64,000 nt of DNA from Eledone cirrhosa (Eukaryota): contig OZ024751.1 of assembly GCA_964016885.1 (NCBI GenBank), positions 1,178,001-1,242,000 of the forward strand, in the 5' to 3' direction. Both the position numbers and the translations under genes were made by a program. This document shows, piece after piece, positions 1 to 13,919 of the stretch. Each line of letters begins with the position of its first letter. The first letter of the stretch is position 1. The notes under the pieces were generated by a model, which worked only from the letters and a program-made list of their open reading frames with translations, did no database searches and was not told where the DNA came from.

Positions 1-2250
1 CTTTACAATCCTTTGAGAATGTTGTAACCAGGACAAGATTTTTCTTCATCCCATCTATGTTCTTGGCATAGAGTTTCAGGTCACCCACAAAGAAATGATG
101 GGTTAAGTTCGTATTTCTGTCCTCCTGTGAGCCAGTGATGTATCCTTTACATTTATTGAGCAGAAAGGACAAGGGGTTTAACGACAGCATAAATAGTAGC
201 ATAGAGAGACTGTCTCCTTGAAATATACCTCTATGAAATTCTATTTTATCAGTGATCTTTTTAACTTTAGGATAGTAGCCCAAGAAGATAGCTTCTCTAT
301 GGCCCTGATAATAATGTCTGGGACTTTAGCAAGTCGGAGGGCCTCTATCATCCAAGAGTAGGAAACAGAATCAAAAGTTTTCCTGTTGTCCAGCCAGACT
401 GTAACCATATTCTTCCCAAGTTGTCACACCTCCAACATCGCAGTTTTGTTGATTAGGAGTTGTTCAGCACACCCTCAAACACCTTTCTTTCCAGCTGCTT
501 GTTCATCTGTGATGATGTTATTATTTTCACAGGGATCTTGGAGAAATACGTTCAGGAAGGCTGTATACCTCTTATATATCAGGTTCTGGCATGCAATGCG
601 TCGGTAGTTTTTTGCCAGTGGATGTCTTTGTTCTTGGGGACCAGTATTGTTTGTGCCAATGTCAACCATTCTGGTATATGTGTATCTCCCTAGAGAACTT
701 GTTGGTAGAAGTCGATAAGATACATCCGATAGAATATCAGAATTTTGTACCAGTAGCCGACAATCATATCTCTTCCTGGTGGTTTCTTATCTTGGAGTTT
801 TCCTATCACAGTCTCAAGGGTATCCTCATTTATTTCGTATGTTTTTGTTGTAGTGTAGGGGCAATAGTTCTTTTGTATTTCTTTTAGTCACACTGCATCT
901 TGGCTGAAATTCTTCTTTTCACCCCATATTTTTCTCCAAAAGGAATCTGTCTTTCTGGGATGGGGCCTCAATGACATTTATTACTTTGCCCTTCATATCT
1001 CTATAGACTGATGTTTGGTTTCATCTGAATCTTTTATTAAGTACTTTTCTTAGGTATTGGCGTTTCTCGCTGACAGCTCTCAATTCTTGTTTGAAGAGTT
1101 CTGGTTGTACTGTCACAAACATCGTTTCTATTTTATTTTTCACTCTTTGTTGGTAAGGAGTGAGGTTTTTTTGTGTTTGTTTGCATGTCACATATCCTAT
1201 AGTTTTTCGTAGGTCAGCAACCTTTTTTTCTATTTTAGTTATATATGATGGTATTTCTTGTGGTGTTTTGGTCTTGTTAATATCTTGTTAATATCCAAGA
1301 TAATGCTTCACAGTCGTTGCTAGGGAATATAAACAGGCGTTGATTTGCCAAAATGTGGGGGTTTTAATCCGTCGTAAATATTAATCCCCTATTTCGTCAA
1401 TAGCACGTAAGATTTCATTATTTGGTTTTATTTTATTTAGTATTGTTGTTTTATTACGTTCAGCAAGAGAAATGTTTATATATGAATTAATTTCTCTCTG
1501 GTAGATTTCGTTGAGGGAAAATTTCAGTTGTTTATACCTTTGATTATTATTAGCGATAATGTTTTCCACAACAGTCGAGGCAGACTTAGATTGTACACAT
1601 GGTGTCAAATTTCTTACGGGCATAGTTGTTTCAAGACGCTGTTCAACCTGGCTATGAGGAAGTCTAGTAGCATGGCGACCTGTAGCACGTGTTGTTGATA
1701 ACATGTTTGTTCTGGGGGTCTTACAATTAATAATATTTATCTTATTTTTACGTTCAACAGACGTCGCTTGTTGGTGTAATTGTTTCGCTGTGAAGTGATT
1801 TAGCTCTGGGTGCATTTCGTCCCAGTGTAGCTTCATTCTGTTCATATAGCCAACGGAGGGATTTTTTTCACCATTTTATAGCAATTAAATAAATCATCAT
1901 TAAGTTCGCAACTCCAAGAGAAATGCGCTTTATAATTTCGGTTTCTTCTGTAGCTACAACTGAATAAACTTTGTTTACCTTTCTCATTGATTTTCTCACT
2001 GGTTTTCTTTAGTAAATTGTTTTCGTTCCTTGTGTTCGGTAAATTGTTTTCGTTCCTAGTGTTCGGTAAATTGTTATTGTTGATGTTGTGTTCAGCCATG
2101 CTGTTTGTAGCAAATCCTTGTAAAATGAATTATGTATTTAGTCGGATATCTCTACAAATTTGAATAAAAGGTGTCTTCAGTAGATATAATTGGAAGAATA
2201 TCTAGTTATTCAACACGACTGGTAGTTGTGGCATTACTGTCAGAAATAGT
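1..2250 (-). mobile_element. Degraded R4/Dong-clade non-LTR retrotransposon (5' half, runs off the window start)
   Basis: Minus-strand NYRRIACQNLIYK...EQAAGKKG and RGIFQGDSLS RT motifs; N-terminal WSCELNDDLFNCY..MNRMKLHWDEMHPEL; frameshifts. Confidence 0.85.
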
Positions 2251-2371
2251 ATTCATCTTAAATTTAATGATTAGTCTCCCACACCAAAATGTGTGACTCA
2301 TCAGGTTGACTGACTGTCTTTGTAACTATATATGTAACTAACCAGCAAATATTTTCTTTCTTTCTTGCCAG

Positions 2372-2431
2372 CTATGAACTCTCTCTCCACCTGTGTCTTC
2401 TGCTCTCCTTCAATTTAGCATTTCTACTAGA
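2372..2431 (+). CDS. Plexin-like exon (phase 2-2): YELSLHLCLLLSFNLAFLL(E)
   Basis: Polypyrimidine tract tttctttctttcttgccag, donor gtaagt; registers with plexin GNVASLIMTALQGEMEYAT when joined to the next exon. Confidence 0.65.
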
Positions 2432-3647
2432 GTAAGTATTTACAATCTTTCTTTCTTTACCTTCTCATTTCTCTCCTCTTTTCTTCATCCCTGGAAACAG
2501 GAAATATGCAGAAAAGGGCCGCCTGTGCAAATTGAACCACGAACATCTCATAATGTACACACATACAGACACATATATATAATAATATTAGTAATAAACG
2601 AAAGATATACACTTTATATCATCTCTATTTATTTCATTATATATATTTCATTATATATATGTTCTCCTCAGACAAAATATATAGAAAATGTATAATTTTT
2701 TCATGATATGCAGGTAGACAAATGAGCTGGCCAGATCGGTGACCTTCAGGCATATGACTAGAAAAAGCTCAGCACGTAAGGGGGTTACGTGATTGGGGGG
2801 GGGGGGAGTAAACATTACAGTTGCTTTAAACGTTTCATAAATTATTTAAAATATAGCGTAATTAAATTGGTCAGAAAAAAACAAAACAAAAATTTACCAT
2901 TTTTCAGTCTTAATTTCGCTTATAATCATTATAGATAGGTATTAAATCAAAAGTATATATTGTATCAGGAAAAATATTCCATTAGGACAGGGATAATATT
3001 ATGGAAATATAATAATAAAAGGGAAAGATTTGGATTATAGGATTTGTAGGTAAGCTATCCTTTATTATGTATACTTAGATATTGAAATTATTGAATAGAA
3101 AAGTATTTAATAGTTAATATGTTTCTTTATATATATATATATTTTTTTAAATATATAGTTAAGTGTGCTTTTACGTGATAAATTATTTATTTTAGAAGAA
3201 ATGTTATTTAAAGTAGATGATATTAAAATTTTGTATAATTATTTAGAAAGAAAAAAAAATGTATGTACTATAGCCGAACTTATCAATATCTAGGGAAATT
3301 AATTTATCTAGATACAACCTAAATTTAAAGTAGATGAAAAATTATACTGAAGGAAGATAAGAGAAAAATAATAATCGGAGAAAATAACGGAGGAAGAAAT
3401 TAGTTAACTTATTTAGATTAGATTATTTAGAGAATAGAAAATCATTTAAAAATTAAATGTAAAGGAATAATACCTATCTTATTATTTTATTGTTTCTTTT
3501 TTATATATAACGTTTAATTTAACAATTTAAAATGTATTCAAGAATAAGTGGAGAATTAAAACTATATATAAACAAATATCTATTAATTATGTAAACTATT
3601 TTAAAATCTAACTAAAGAGTCTATGGAACGATATATATATATATAAC

Positions 3648-3955
3648 TCCTCTTTGTTTCGGCCGCGGATGGCTAACATACCACAACATCCAGTCCTAAA
3701 TAAATGAGGTCGTGTAGGTGTCAGGACAAAAAATCACACAGCCACGCTGTAATGTGGCCGTGTAGGTAACACGGTAAAAACCTCCCAGTCCACACTGTAA
3801 ACGTGGTTGGTGTTAGGAAGGGCATCCAGCCGTAGAAAACCCGCCAGGCAGTCCTGTACGGCAAGTCAACCAATCTTGCCTCAAGTGGGAAAATTCCCGT
3901 CCAAACCCATGCTAGCGTGGAAGATGGACGTTAAACGATGATGATGATGATGATG

Positions 3956-3957
<2 letters not shown>
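3648..3957 (+). mobile_element. RTE 3'-UTR-derived fragment or short non-autonomous copy
   Basis: gtggttggtgttaggaagggcatccagc...ggacgttaaacgatgatgat tail shared with the RTE end at 55300-55545. Confidence 0.75.
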
Positions 3958-4033
<76 letters not shown>

Positions 4034-4061
4034 TAGAATTGGTGCTCTGAAATAGCGATAT

Positions 4062-4475
4062 ATATATGAATGTATATATAGTGTATTTTGCAATACACTG
4101 TATGCTTAATTAAAAGCATTTTGAAGACCTTACGCTATTGTTTTAAAGTAGTGACAATGTCACTTACTTCAATTCTCAGCAAACAAGGGGAGATAAGCTG
4201 GACCGACAACCGCTCTGTATAATCAGTTCCTGATTATTATTGGAATTCTACAAGAATCCAACATTCATAATTGTCAGCAAACAGGAGGAGTGGTGAGCTT
4301 TGATAAGAACCAACAAGTACGAAACAGAGCTCTGTCAGCTTATCTCCCCTTGTTTGCTGAGAATTGAAGTAAGTGACATTGACACTACTTTAAAACAATA
4401 GCGTAAGGCCTTCAAAATGCTTTTAATTAAGCATAGAGTGTATTGCAAAATACACTATATATACATTCATATATA
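4062..4475. repeat. Fold-back element (~140-bp arms, ~135-bp spacer) between (TA)n tracts
   Basis: 4062-4200 is the reverse complement of 4336-4475; related copy with hairpin at 10226-10420. Confidence 0.9.
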
Positions 4476-4489
4476 TATATATATATGTG

Positions 4490-6728
4490 TGTAAAAGGTA
4501 AACAGAAATAACAACACAATCGGTACAGTATATGGAAGGGATATATTTGGGTAACGCTTGATATAGCAGGAAGAGGGTCTTAACGTTTTGGACGCTAGTA
4601 CTTCATCAGAAGAAAGAATGAGAAATAAAATAGATTGAGGTGATGGAATTGGAAAAAATGTCTTTAGATAAAAATAACAGGTCCATTCATGTTGACATCT
4701 CTTGCAAAACTGTTGGTGCTGGCGTTTTGTGTATGATTTATTTTTTAGAAAAGTGGATGATGGAGCGCGTCTACCTGAAATGGAAAAAAAACGTTTTGTA
4801 AAAGGAGCTATACTTGTGCACGTGCGTAATCATGTGTTTTTGTATGTGTGTGTGTTATTATACGTCCGTACGAAGCTAAGAAAAATAGTGTGTGTATATA
4901 TGTGAGTAAAAGAGTGTGTGTGCATGTAAGTACGAAGCTATGAGCAAAAGTATGTTAATATAAGGGTGTGTATGTGTATATACAGAGCAGTGAAGGGAAA
5001 AGTCGAGTGAGCATATATAGTCGGCATGTATTAGTTGTAAGAGAAGCTGCTAATGATCAAGAGAAAGCGATAGGAATCTAGGGGTGTGATAATGGACGGG
5101 GTATTAGAGAAATTAGGGAGGTGAGTTGAGTCCAAGAGGGGAATAAGACCCAAGGCGGTGAATCAGAGTTTGTTCAGTCTTGGTGCGCGAGGCCTGTGAT
5201 CCATGATGTAAAAGGACACCCAGGACTGAAACATGTAGGGAAGAATGACCAGGAGAACAGAAATGACGGGCGAAAGGAGTATCCAAATCGAGCCGTGTGT
5301 CCCTCAAATGTTCGGCAAAACGGTCCGCCGTACGGCGTCCCGTTTGTCCGATATATAAAGACCCGCAAAGGGAACACCGGAGGGCATAGACAACGTGGGT
5401 GGATGTACAGGTGAAGGAATGGCGGATACGGAAAGACCCGTTAGGGCTTGTAAGAGTGGTGAGGGTGGAAAATTAAGGGACAAGTGTTACAGCGGGAATG
5501 GAAACAAGGATGAGAGCCGGGTGGAGTCGTGGGAGAGGACGAAAAAGAACTGCGAACCAGGAGGTCGCGGAGGTTGCGGGTGCGCTTAAAAGCAGTAATG
5601 GGTGGGTTTGGAAAAAAGCGAGAAGTGACGGGGCCAGAAGAGAGGATACGGAAGGAACGGAGGATATGTCGCCGGAGTGGTAGAGGGATGGGGTGGTAGG
5701 TGAGAGGGAAAGGAACACGGGTATTGGGAGGGCAGGGGTGAGGTAAGAGGGCTGTGGTGCGGTCTGTTTCACGGGCGCGGGTGAGAGAAACTTGGATCAA
5801 GGTGGGGGGATATCCACGCTGGATGACGCAGGGAGCCATGCGAAGGGAATGGGTTTCAAAATCGTCGTCCTGGCTACAGAGTCAACGAAGACGGAGGAAT
5901 TGGGAATAGGGTATGGAGTGTTTGGTGTGGGTTGGATGGGAGGAGGTGAAGTCGAGATAAGATTGGGAGTCTGTTGGTTTAATGTAGATGGAAGTAGAGA
6001 GGGTGTGGTGAGGGTGATTAATAGATAGAGAGATATCTAGAAAAGCGACAGAAGAATCGGAGATGGAGCCAGTGAAATTGGGAGCAGGATGGAAAGATTG
6101 GACAAAAGAAAGAAAACAGTCGAGCTGTTCTCGTGATAGAGAGGTGACGCCGATACAGTCGTTGATATAATGACCGTATAGCTCAGGAGTCGGTCCAACG
6201 TACTGGGAGAAGATCTGGCTTCAACGTAGCCAACAAACAAGTTGGCATAGTTTGGACCCATTCTGGTTCCCATCGCTACCCCAGAGACTTGCTGATAAAA
6301 TTCACCCGAAAAAGAAAATACATTAAGGGTGAGAACAAGCTCAGCCAGACGGAGAAGGGTGGTAGTGCTGTGGTAAGGGGTAGGGCGTAAATCTAAAAAA
6401 TGTTGGAGAGCGCGGAGGCCGTCATCATGAAGGATGACGATATAGATAGAAGTGATGTCCAGGGTAAAGAGAAGGTGGGAGGGACCGGGAGGGAAGGAGA
6501 AAGAGTTCAAAAGTGATTTGTATCGTGGATGTGGGAGGGGAGATTGCCGACCAACGGGGCGAGGATGGTGTCTAAATATTCAGAAATTATCTCAGTGAGG
6601 CAGTTGCACGCAGAAATGATAGGACGACCAGCATTATTTTGTTTGTGTATTTTGGGGAGGAAGTAGATGGTGGGTGTGCGAGGGGTGCGTACAATAAGGT
6701 TGGTGGCTGTGGGGTTAGGGTTCACCAA
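4490..6728 (-). mobile_element. 5'-truncated Penelope-like element (RT + GIY-YIG + 3' pseudo-LTR)
   Basis: [59 protein letters not shown]; degenerate hammerhead at 4578-4613. Confidence 0.92.
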
Positions 6729-6779
6729 TAGATGAAACTGGCCATTCCGTTTAACTAACCACGATGTAATATTTTAATC

Positions 6780-9728
6780 AAATTAATCAATCTATCCATC
6801 TATTCTAGGGTGGGTAAAATTCCCGAGATCCATGGATGAGTTCTCTTCTGTGGTCTCTGTCCTTCATTATCACTGCCATGTCCTGCGTCTCCCAGAGACC
6901 AGTGTCTGTCTTTAGGGCATCAATATATGTTAACCTTAGTCTCCCTCTTCTAGTGTGTCCATGTAGGGGATCGCACAGGAGCACTGAGTGCAGTGTCAAC
7001 TCTGGACTCAGTCGGTGAGCATGTCCAGCTAACCTCAGTCTCCTCTGGGCTACTTTCGAGCTAACTTTTGGGGGGCTCCCATACAGCTCTGAGTTCTTCA
7101 TCCTCAGTGTATACTGATTAGTGTTCAGAGCCACCCTCAGCATTCTTGGGTAGCACCCATCCACCATCTGAGTGAGTTTCTTGGTCAGTGACCAAGTCTC
7201 AGACCCGTACAGCAGCACAGATTCCACTACAGCAATGAAGAGGTGGATTTTCAGGTCTTTACGAAGGTCCGACTTCCACACTGATCTCAAACTGAGGCAC
7301 GCCACCCAGGCTTTGCTCTTCCTCTCAACCACATCATCCTCTGTGTTTCCAATCTTTGCTCCCAGATACAGGAAGTCCTCAACCAACTCTAGCGGCTTGT
7401 CGCCTATATTCATAATCTTCTCTGGCTTCTTAATATTCTCGACCAGATACTTCGTCTTAATCTCATTCATTCTCAGCTCCACACTCATCGACACAATCTC
7501 CACCTCCTGCATCATCTCCTCTGCCTCCTTCACTGTCTTTGTCACCAGAACTATGTCATCAGCAAATTCAGGATCTGATGTCTTTTTCGCTTAACTCTCC
7601 TGCTCTGAGCCAGTGCTACAGTAAAGCCAGAGTCCTAGTGTTTCTCTAGTGCAAGGCGCATACAATAGTTTACTGTGATGATAAAAAGGTAAGGAGCCAA
7701 TGTATCTCCCTGGAGCACTCCAGCCAGTATCTCAAAGAACTCCGTCATCCCTACAGGTGTAATAACTTGGGCTTTAGTGTTGGTGTAGAGCAGTGATATC
7801 AGGTCCACTATCTTCTTGGGGATTCCATAAGCCTGTAAGATCTTCATCCGACAGTGACAGTCCACAGAATCAAAGGCCTTCCTAAAGTCAATGAAAACCA
7901 TAATAGCAGGAAGGCTCTTTGCTCTAGCTTCCTCCAATATCCTCAGGATATGACTGGTGGTTAATCTTCCCTCTTTGAAGCTGTTCTGAGCTTCTTCTCC
8001 ATCTCGGGCTGGAGCCTGTTAAGAATCATCCTGTTGAGGGTCTTTGCCACAAGTGACGTCAGTGAGACCTCCCTGTAGTTGTTGGTGTTAGAGAGATCTT
8101 CCTTCTTTGGTACTGGGATGATGTTACTGATCCTCCACTGATTCGCGGCAACTCCTTTCTCCAGTGCCTGGTTACAGAACTTCAAGATGATATCATCAAA
8201 ATCACACCTTTTCATCATTTCTGATGCCACTCTATCTTCTCCATGGGCCTTGCCCTCCTTGATTTTCTTGGCTCTCTGAAGCACTTCTCTGGAGAAGGGT
8301 CCTGTCTCAATATCCAGTTCCTCAAACAGCTGCCTGATCTCCCTAGTGTTCTGGGCCATGGAAGGTGGCTCTCCTAGTAGGGTCTTAAAATGGTCCAGCC
8401 TATCCTTGGGCCCTGTTCTTTGGATCTGACTCAAACTCCCTCTTTTCCTTGCTGTGATCTCGTTGATGTTTGTCCAGCTCTCTTTACATCCAGACCTGTC
8501 AACCTCTCTCTCCACACTTCTGATCTTCTCTATCAGTGCCTCCTCTCTGGCCTCAGTGTAAGCGGCACATAGTTCTTCCCTCATCACCTCCACAGTCTCC
8601 ATCCTCTCCTCCGTATGATCAGCATAGAATTGGTCCTTGGCAGCTTTCAGGTGTTCTCTGGCTGCACACACTTTTGGGTCTGCAGAGCTGACGTTCTTCC
8701 TCTTTTTCTCTCTCCTCGGCACCAGGGATTCACTTGCTTCTGCCACTGCATTGGTGAAGTGCCTGTACGTCACACTCTCCTCAGTCCGTCCAATCTCTCT
8801 TTCCCCAGCCTCTCCACACAGAACACTAAACCTGTTCCTCACTTCTACTGTGTACCTTTCCTGTAGCCTATCATCTTCCTTGAAAGCTCCCCGCTTTTTC
8901 TTAAGCTCACTCGGACCTCACACATAACAAACTGGTCGTCACTGCCCAGTGTGCCTAAATAATTGTATGGTTCTGTGTTCAGAACACTATTCTACCACTT
9001 CTTCCTCACCAGAATGAAATCAATCTGGGACTTGGACAGGTGCATATCTGAGATGTAGGTCCACATCTTCCCCGGATTCTTCCTAAACCTTAGGTTGGTT
9101 GCCATCAAGTTTGCCTCCAGCAGGGTGTCTCTCAGTAGTCTCCCATTTCAGTTAATGTTGTTATGGAAGTACCAGCAAGGATCTTCCCTGCTCTCCTTAC
9201 TCAGATGTGCATTGAAGTCACCCCGAACAAGCAGATTGGACTATAGGCTGAGATGACTGTCAGTCTTGGGTTTCCATTGAAAGTGACTCTCAACACTCGC
9301 GGGGAGACAGATATGATTTCCCTCACCAATAGATTGGTTTTTGCATTGAACACAAAACCCACTCCTCCTACTGCAGCTTTCGTGTTGTTCTTCACTGCCG
9401 ATGTGGTGATGAGCTGGCTCCTCTTCCCAATCCTCGCTCTCTTCATGGGCTCATCATGTAGGATCCTGTGTTCTTGGATCGCAAGTATCTGCATACTACT
9501 CTCCTCGAACAGATGACCCAACTCTTCTCTCTTTTCTAGCGTCCGAACAGTCCTCACATTCTGAATGCCGATTTTAATGGCTCTTCTGCTGGACAAAACT
9601 GTATTCTTTATATTTGTGTCAGAGACAGCCGATCCATCATCCACTGGTCCTCCGTGTGGCTCTAAACCAGCAGAGTCATAATGACCAGACTGTTCCTTGA
9701 CAGTGTAGTTAGGGACTCTAAACCTAGT
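6780..9728 (-). mobile_element. Near full-length degraded RTE/RTE-X-type LINE (APE + RT)
   Basis: APE (QNVRT, AIQEHR), NYREVSLTS, FIDFRKAFDSV, GVLQGDTLAPYLF, FADD, LLYGSETW; multiple frameshifts. Confidence 0.92.
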
Positions 9729-9777
<49 letters not shown>

Positions 9778-10491
9778 AAATAAATGATTGGAAAGTATTC
9801 CAGAAAGCCGCTACAGTACGGTAGAAATATAGGGCGAAGAATGACATATAAAATGAAACAAAGAAATGCATTACTCAGTATATTTAACATATTATTTCAG
9901 GGTTAATACCCTCTTTTCAAATGCAAACACACAAAAACGACATAAAGTTACTCACACACACATATATATATATATACTAGTGAGTGAGTAAAATCAAAGT
10001 TGCAGCTGAGATTAGCATTTTTAGAAATCAATCTTCTGAAGCTGGCACAAATGAGGTGATACCAATAACTCAATAAATTATAGTTAGGAATGTGACACAG
10101 TAAAAATGCGGCTGGAGAGATGTTGCCACAAAAGCCACCACAACACCAAAAATACAAACAAGTTAAAGACGAAACAGGACCTGATCGATAGATATTATAC
10201 AAATATCTTGGGCGGTGGATTGGTAGTATACACTATCAGTTTTAAAGCAGTGACTATGTCACTTACTTCTTTTCATAAAGAAGTAAGTGACATAGTCACT
10301 ACTTTAAAACTGATAGTGTATAGTCTTCTAAATGTTTTTAATTAAACATACGGTATATTACCAAATATACTATACATACATTCATGTATACATCGCTATT
10401 TCAGAGCACCAATCCTAATTATATATATACACGCTAAATGTTTCTACCTTCTTCCCATCTACTAGTTTGATTAAATTCTCACTTGTTGCAG

Positions 10492-10563
10492 GTTATGTGA
10501 GGAGTTATTCAAAGATCTCATTCATCATACTAAAGAAAAAGAAATGAAGAAAATTATGTTACG
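10492..10563 (+). CDS. Plexin-like exon (phase 2-2): LCEELFKDLIHHTKEKEMKKIML(R)
   Basis: ttgttgcag acceptor, gtaata donor; resembles plexin VLKQLLSDLI...PKLLLR. Confidence 0.8.
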
Positions 10564-10713
10564 GTAATATTTTACTACTCTCTCTCTCTCCATATATTTA
10601 TATATATCTTTCTCTCTCAACCGATCTACATTCTCTCTCTCTCTTTTTCTCTCACTCTATCTGAACATCTATAATCTCTCTCTCTCTCACTCTCTCTCTC
10701 TATCTGCACATCT

Positions 10714-10785
<72 letters not shown>

Positions 10786-10834
10786 ACTCTCTCTATCAGC
10801 ACATCTACATTCTCTCTCTTTCTCTCTCTCTCTT

Positions 10835-11145
10835 AGCTTTGTCTTTCACCTTTACGGGGTCAATAAAATAATGTACCAGTAATGCACTGGAGTCGATTTA
10901 ATCCACACTTTCCCCTTCCCCGAAATTGTTGGTCTTGTGCCTTAATCAGAAACCATTATTTGGCAGTATCGGTGAGGATCGGACGCCATGCTTTGACGCA
11001 TAGAGTTACGGCCCTTGCCATTCTGAGTTCAAATCCCGCCGAGGTTAACTTTGCCTTTCATCCTTATGGGGTCGATAAAATAAAGTACCAGTAATTCACT
11101 GGGCAATTGCTGGCCTTGTGCCAAAAGTAGAAACAATTATTATTA
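10835..11145 (+). mobile_element. Two tandem tRNA-derived SINE copies
   Basis: B-box-like gagttcaaatccc followed by gccgaggttaactttgcctttcatcc...ggggtcgataaaataaagtacca; same family at 19880, 27530-27885, 33720, 34640, 47055. Confidence 0.8.
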
Positions 11146-11220
11146 TTATTTTCTTTTTCTATTTCGTTTGTTTAGTTTTGAATCAATAGTGGAGAGTCTT
11201 ATAAAAAACTGGCTGGCTTT

Positions 11221-11490
11221 ATCACTGTACCCCTATATAAAGGTAAGATATGTCTTAACTCTGATTCCCTATATCAGGGTAACATATGTCATACGTTTTT
11301 ATCCCTATATCAAAGTAAGAAACGTTATAACTATGCACCCTTATATCGTAAGATATGTCTTAAATCTGTACCTTTATATCAAGGTAATATATGTCTTAAA
11401 TATGTGTACACTTATCTGAATAAAGTATATCTTAACTATACATACTAATTTCAATATAAATTATATTTTTTGTTATGTAACCTTATATGA
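11221..11490. repeat. Degenerate 36-bp minisatellite (~7 copies)
   Basis: Unit ~tcttaactctgtacccttatatcaaggtaagatatg. Confidence 0.8.
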
Positions 11491-11679
11491 GGCTAAACGT
11501 TTGTTGTGTAGCCCCCCCCCATGTATATATATATGTGTATATATGCATATATATATATAGCTGTTGAAACGGCAGGAGCTCAGCCGTTGGGGTCTCGACT
11601 CCTTCATATTACCACACTCTACTATACCAAGTATCGAGTAATCTGGTGAGTAATAGTCTAACAGGTTTTTTCTGCATCC

Positions 11680-11778
<99 letters not shown>

Positions 11779-12151
11779 GCAGAGGTTATATTAGCGAATT
11801 TCAACCGTTGAGGTTGTCTTTTTTTCCGGGTATGTCAATATTTATTTATAAAACAAATCTGTATTTTATCTGATGAAAGCGCAGGCATACGTCAAAACGG
11901 CCGGTCGCAAAAGTGAAACTAATTTTTGACAGTTACGTACGTCAATATATATATATATATCGAAACGGCTTGAGCTCAGCCGTCGGGGTCCTACTCGTTC
12001 CTATATATATATATATACACATATATAAGCATGCATACAAACGTATGTATGCATATTGTCAATTCAAATGAATTTTAACTTTACTACAACCAAACTGGAC
12101 ATAATATATATATAAACATAAATACATATATATGTATGCGTCTATCTATAG

Positions 12152-12222
12152 AAATGTTTACGTGTGTTCTTTGACTATGACTAAGATGGAGCACTGACTT
12201 TACAGCTGTGCCCTATAGATTT
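12152..12222 (+). CDS. Probable plexin-like exon with +1 frameshift: (R)NVYVCSLTMT-/-RWSTDFTAVPYRF
   Basis: ctatag acceptor, weak gtatat donor; 71 nt where 70 is needed; removing one A at ~12183-12186 puts Trp in the same register as plexin RTESVAEKMLTNW. Confidence 0.55.
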
Positions 12223-12322
12223 GTATATATGTATATATGCGTGTGTGTGTGTGTGTGTGTGTTTGCATGCACCCACACACAGGGTACATGTGTCTCGGTT
12301 TATGTTCGTATAGAGGGAGTGC

Positions 12323-12379
<57 letters not shown>

Positions 12380-12840
12380 GGTATGTGTACCCTCCCCCAT
12401 ATACATTTAAGTATATAAGCAGAGAGAATGTGAATCCCCGAATACATTTATACATGTGTGTAAATATATATATATATATAAAATATATATATATATATAT
12501 ATAACGTCAGAAGGAGATTTGTATTCATTCCTTTTTTGATAAATTTGTTTCTTTCGTAAATCATATTTATTATAGAAATTGTTTATATGTAAATAAACTT
12601 TATCATTTGTACATTATATTTACATATATATATATATGTGAGACCTGTTGTAAAAAAAAAACAAATTCACAATCCAAATTGAAAGTAATGATGTACGTAA
12701 CTGTCAAAAATTAGTTTCACTTTTGCGACCGGCCGTTTTGACGTATGCCGAAAGCGCACCATAATTTACCTTGGTCGCCCTTGAAATATATATAATAAAA
12801 TAATTATGGTTTTATAAATATAGTTTCCATTTATTAATAT

Positions 12841-12880
<40 letters not shown>

Positions 12881-13142
12881 ATATATATATAAAAACAAAA
12901 AGTGTAAGTCAACAGGTTAAATTTAATTTCATTTATCCATATTCGCTGTTATATATATTTCAGTGATAACCATTATACAACAGCTATGACCTCATTAGAC
13001 AGCTAGAATTTGATTAGAAAAAACAGAAAAACATAATGGAGTAAAGCTTACTTCTGTTATTTCATTCATATATATATATAAACTATATACACACACATTT
13101 ATATATATATATATATATGTATGTATATCATTGTCTTTCCAG

Positions 13143-13289
13143 TTTAAGTTCGAACCATTACTGTATAATTTTGTCAACAAAGCCCGTGAGTTCCTGACCC
13201 AGTGCCCCGTTGATGAAGTGACTGGGAACAGCCAACATTCTTTCTTCAAACCTTACACCATCACCAAACCAGTAGCATACAGGAAAATA
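13143..13289 (+). CDS. Plexin-like exon (147 nt, phase 0-0): FKFEPLLYNFVNKAREFLTQCPVDEVTGNSQHSFFKPYTITKPVAYRKI
   Basis: tctttccag/gtaagc; 49 aa align without gaps to plexin ECAGEPLF...GPIDAITGEARYS...IDYKTL. Confidence 0.9.
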
Positions 13290-13505
13290 GTAAGCCAGCC
13301 CTTAATGTCATCGACTTGAGTGACAACATGAGCGTGAGTGCGTGCGTGAGTATGCGTGTGAGTGACAGGGTGTGTGCACGAACGGGGGTCGTATGTGGGA
13401 CATGTGAGACAGCTTTACATGGATACATATATATATATGTATGAATATATATTATATACATATATATATATATATAAATATTATATACACACATATATAT
13501 ATATA

Positions 13506-13572
<67 letters not shown>

Positions 13573-13874
13573 AATTGAAACAAAATGAAAACGAAATTTC
13601 ATTTCTCACTCTTAGTATGGCACTTACTTAAATGTAAGTATGCATGTATACGTACATACATATATGTATACAGACGTACAGTAGCATGCACATATATATA
13701 TATACTTATATATATACATATGCATACAGGTACACATACATATATGCACGTATCAGTTTAGCGGCGCTTATTATAACGTCGCTTTGTTCGTTTGTAAACA
13801 AACTGAACAGCCTGAATTTATGCCATACGGTGTTAAGGCAACCACGTCACCTTTTTGTTCAACACTGACACAGG

Positions 13875-13919
13875 AACGATGTACTAGTTTCAAGCTTGTT
13901 AGCTATCATCAGCACCGTT
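13875..13919 (-). ncRNA. Minimal type-I hammerhead ribozyme
   Basis: aacggtg-CTGATGA-tagc taacaa gctt-GAAAC-TA-GTA-catcgtt; 7-bp stem I, palindromic ACTAGT in place of stem III. Confidence 0.85.

Noticed and set aside
2501-2554. Possible extra exon (KYAEKGRLCKLNHEHLI)
   Set aside because: Phase-compatible, but the donor (gtacac) is weak and the plexin register is better when 2431 joins 10492 directly.
2830-3630. AT-rich tract considered as NUMT or PLE N-terminus
   Set aside because: No recognisable mitochondrial gene; only a weak minus-strand KIGIIPLHLIFK hint with many stops.
11221-11490. 36-bp periodic repeat suggesting CRISPR
   Set aside because: Contiguous degenerate units with no unique spacers, no cas genes, eukaryotic context.
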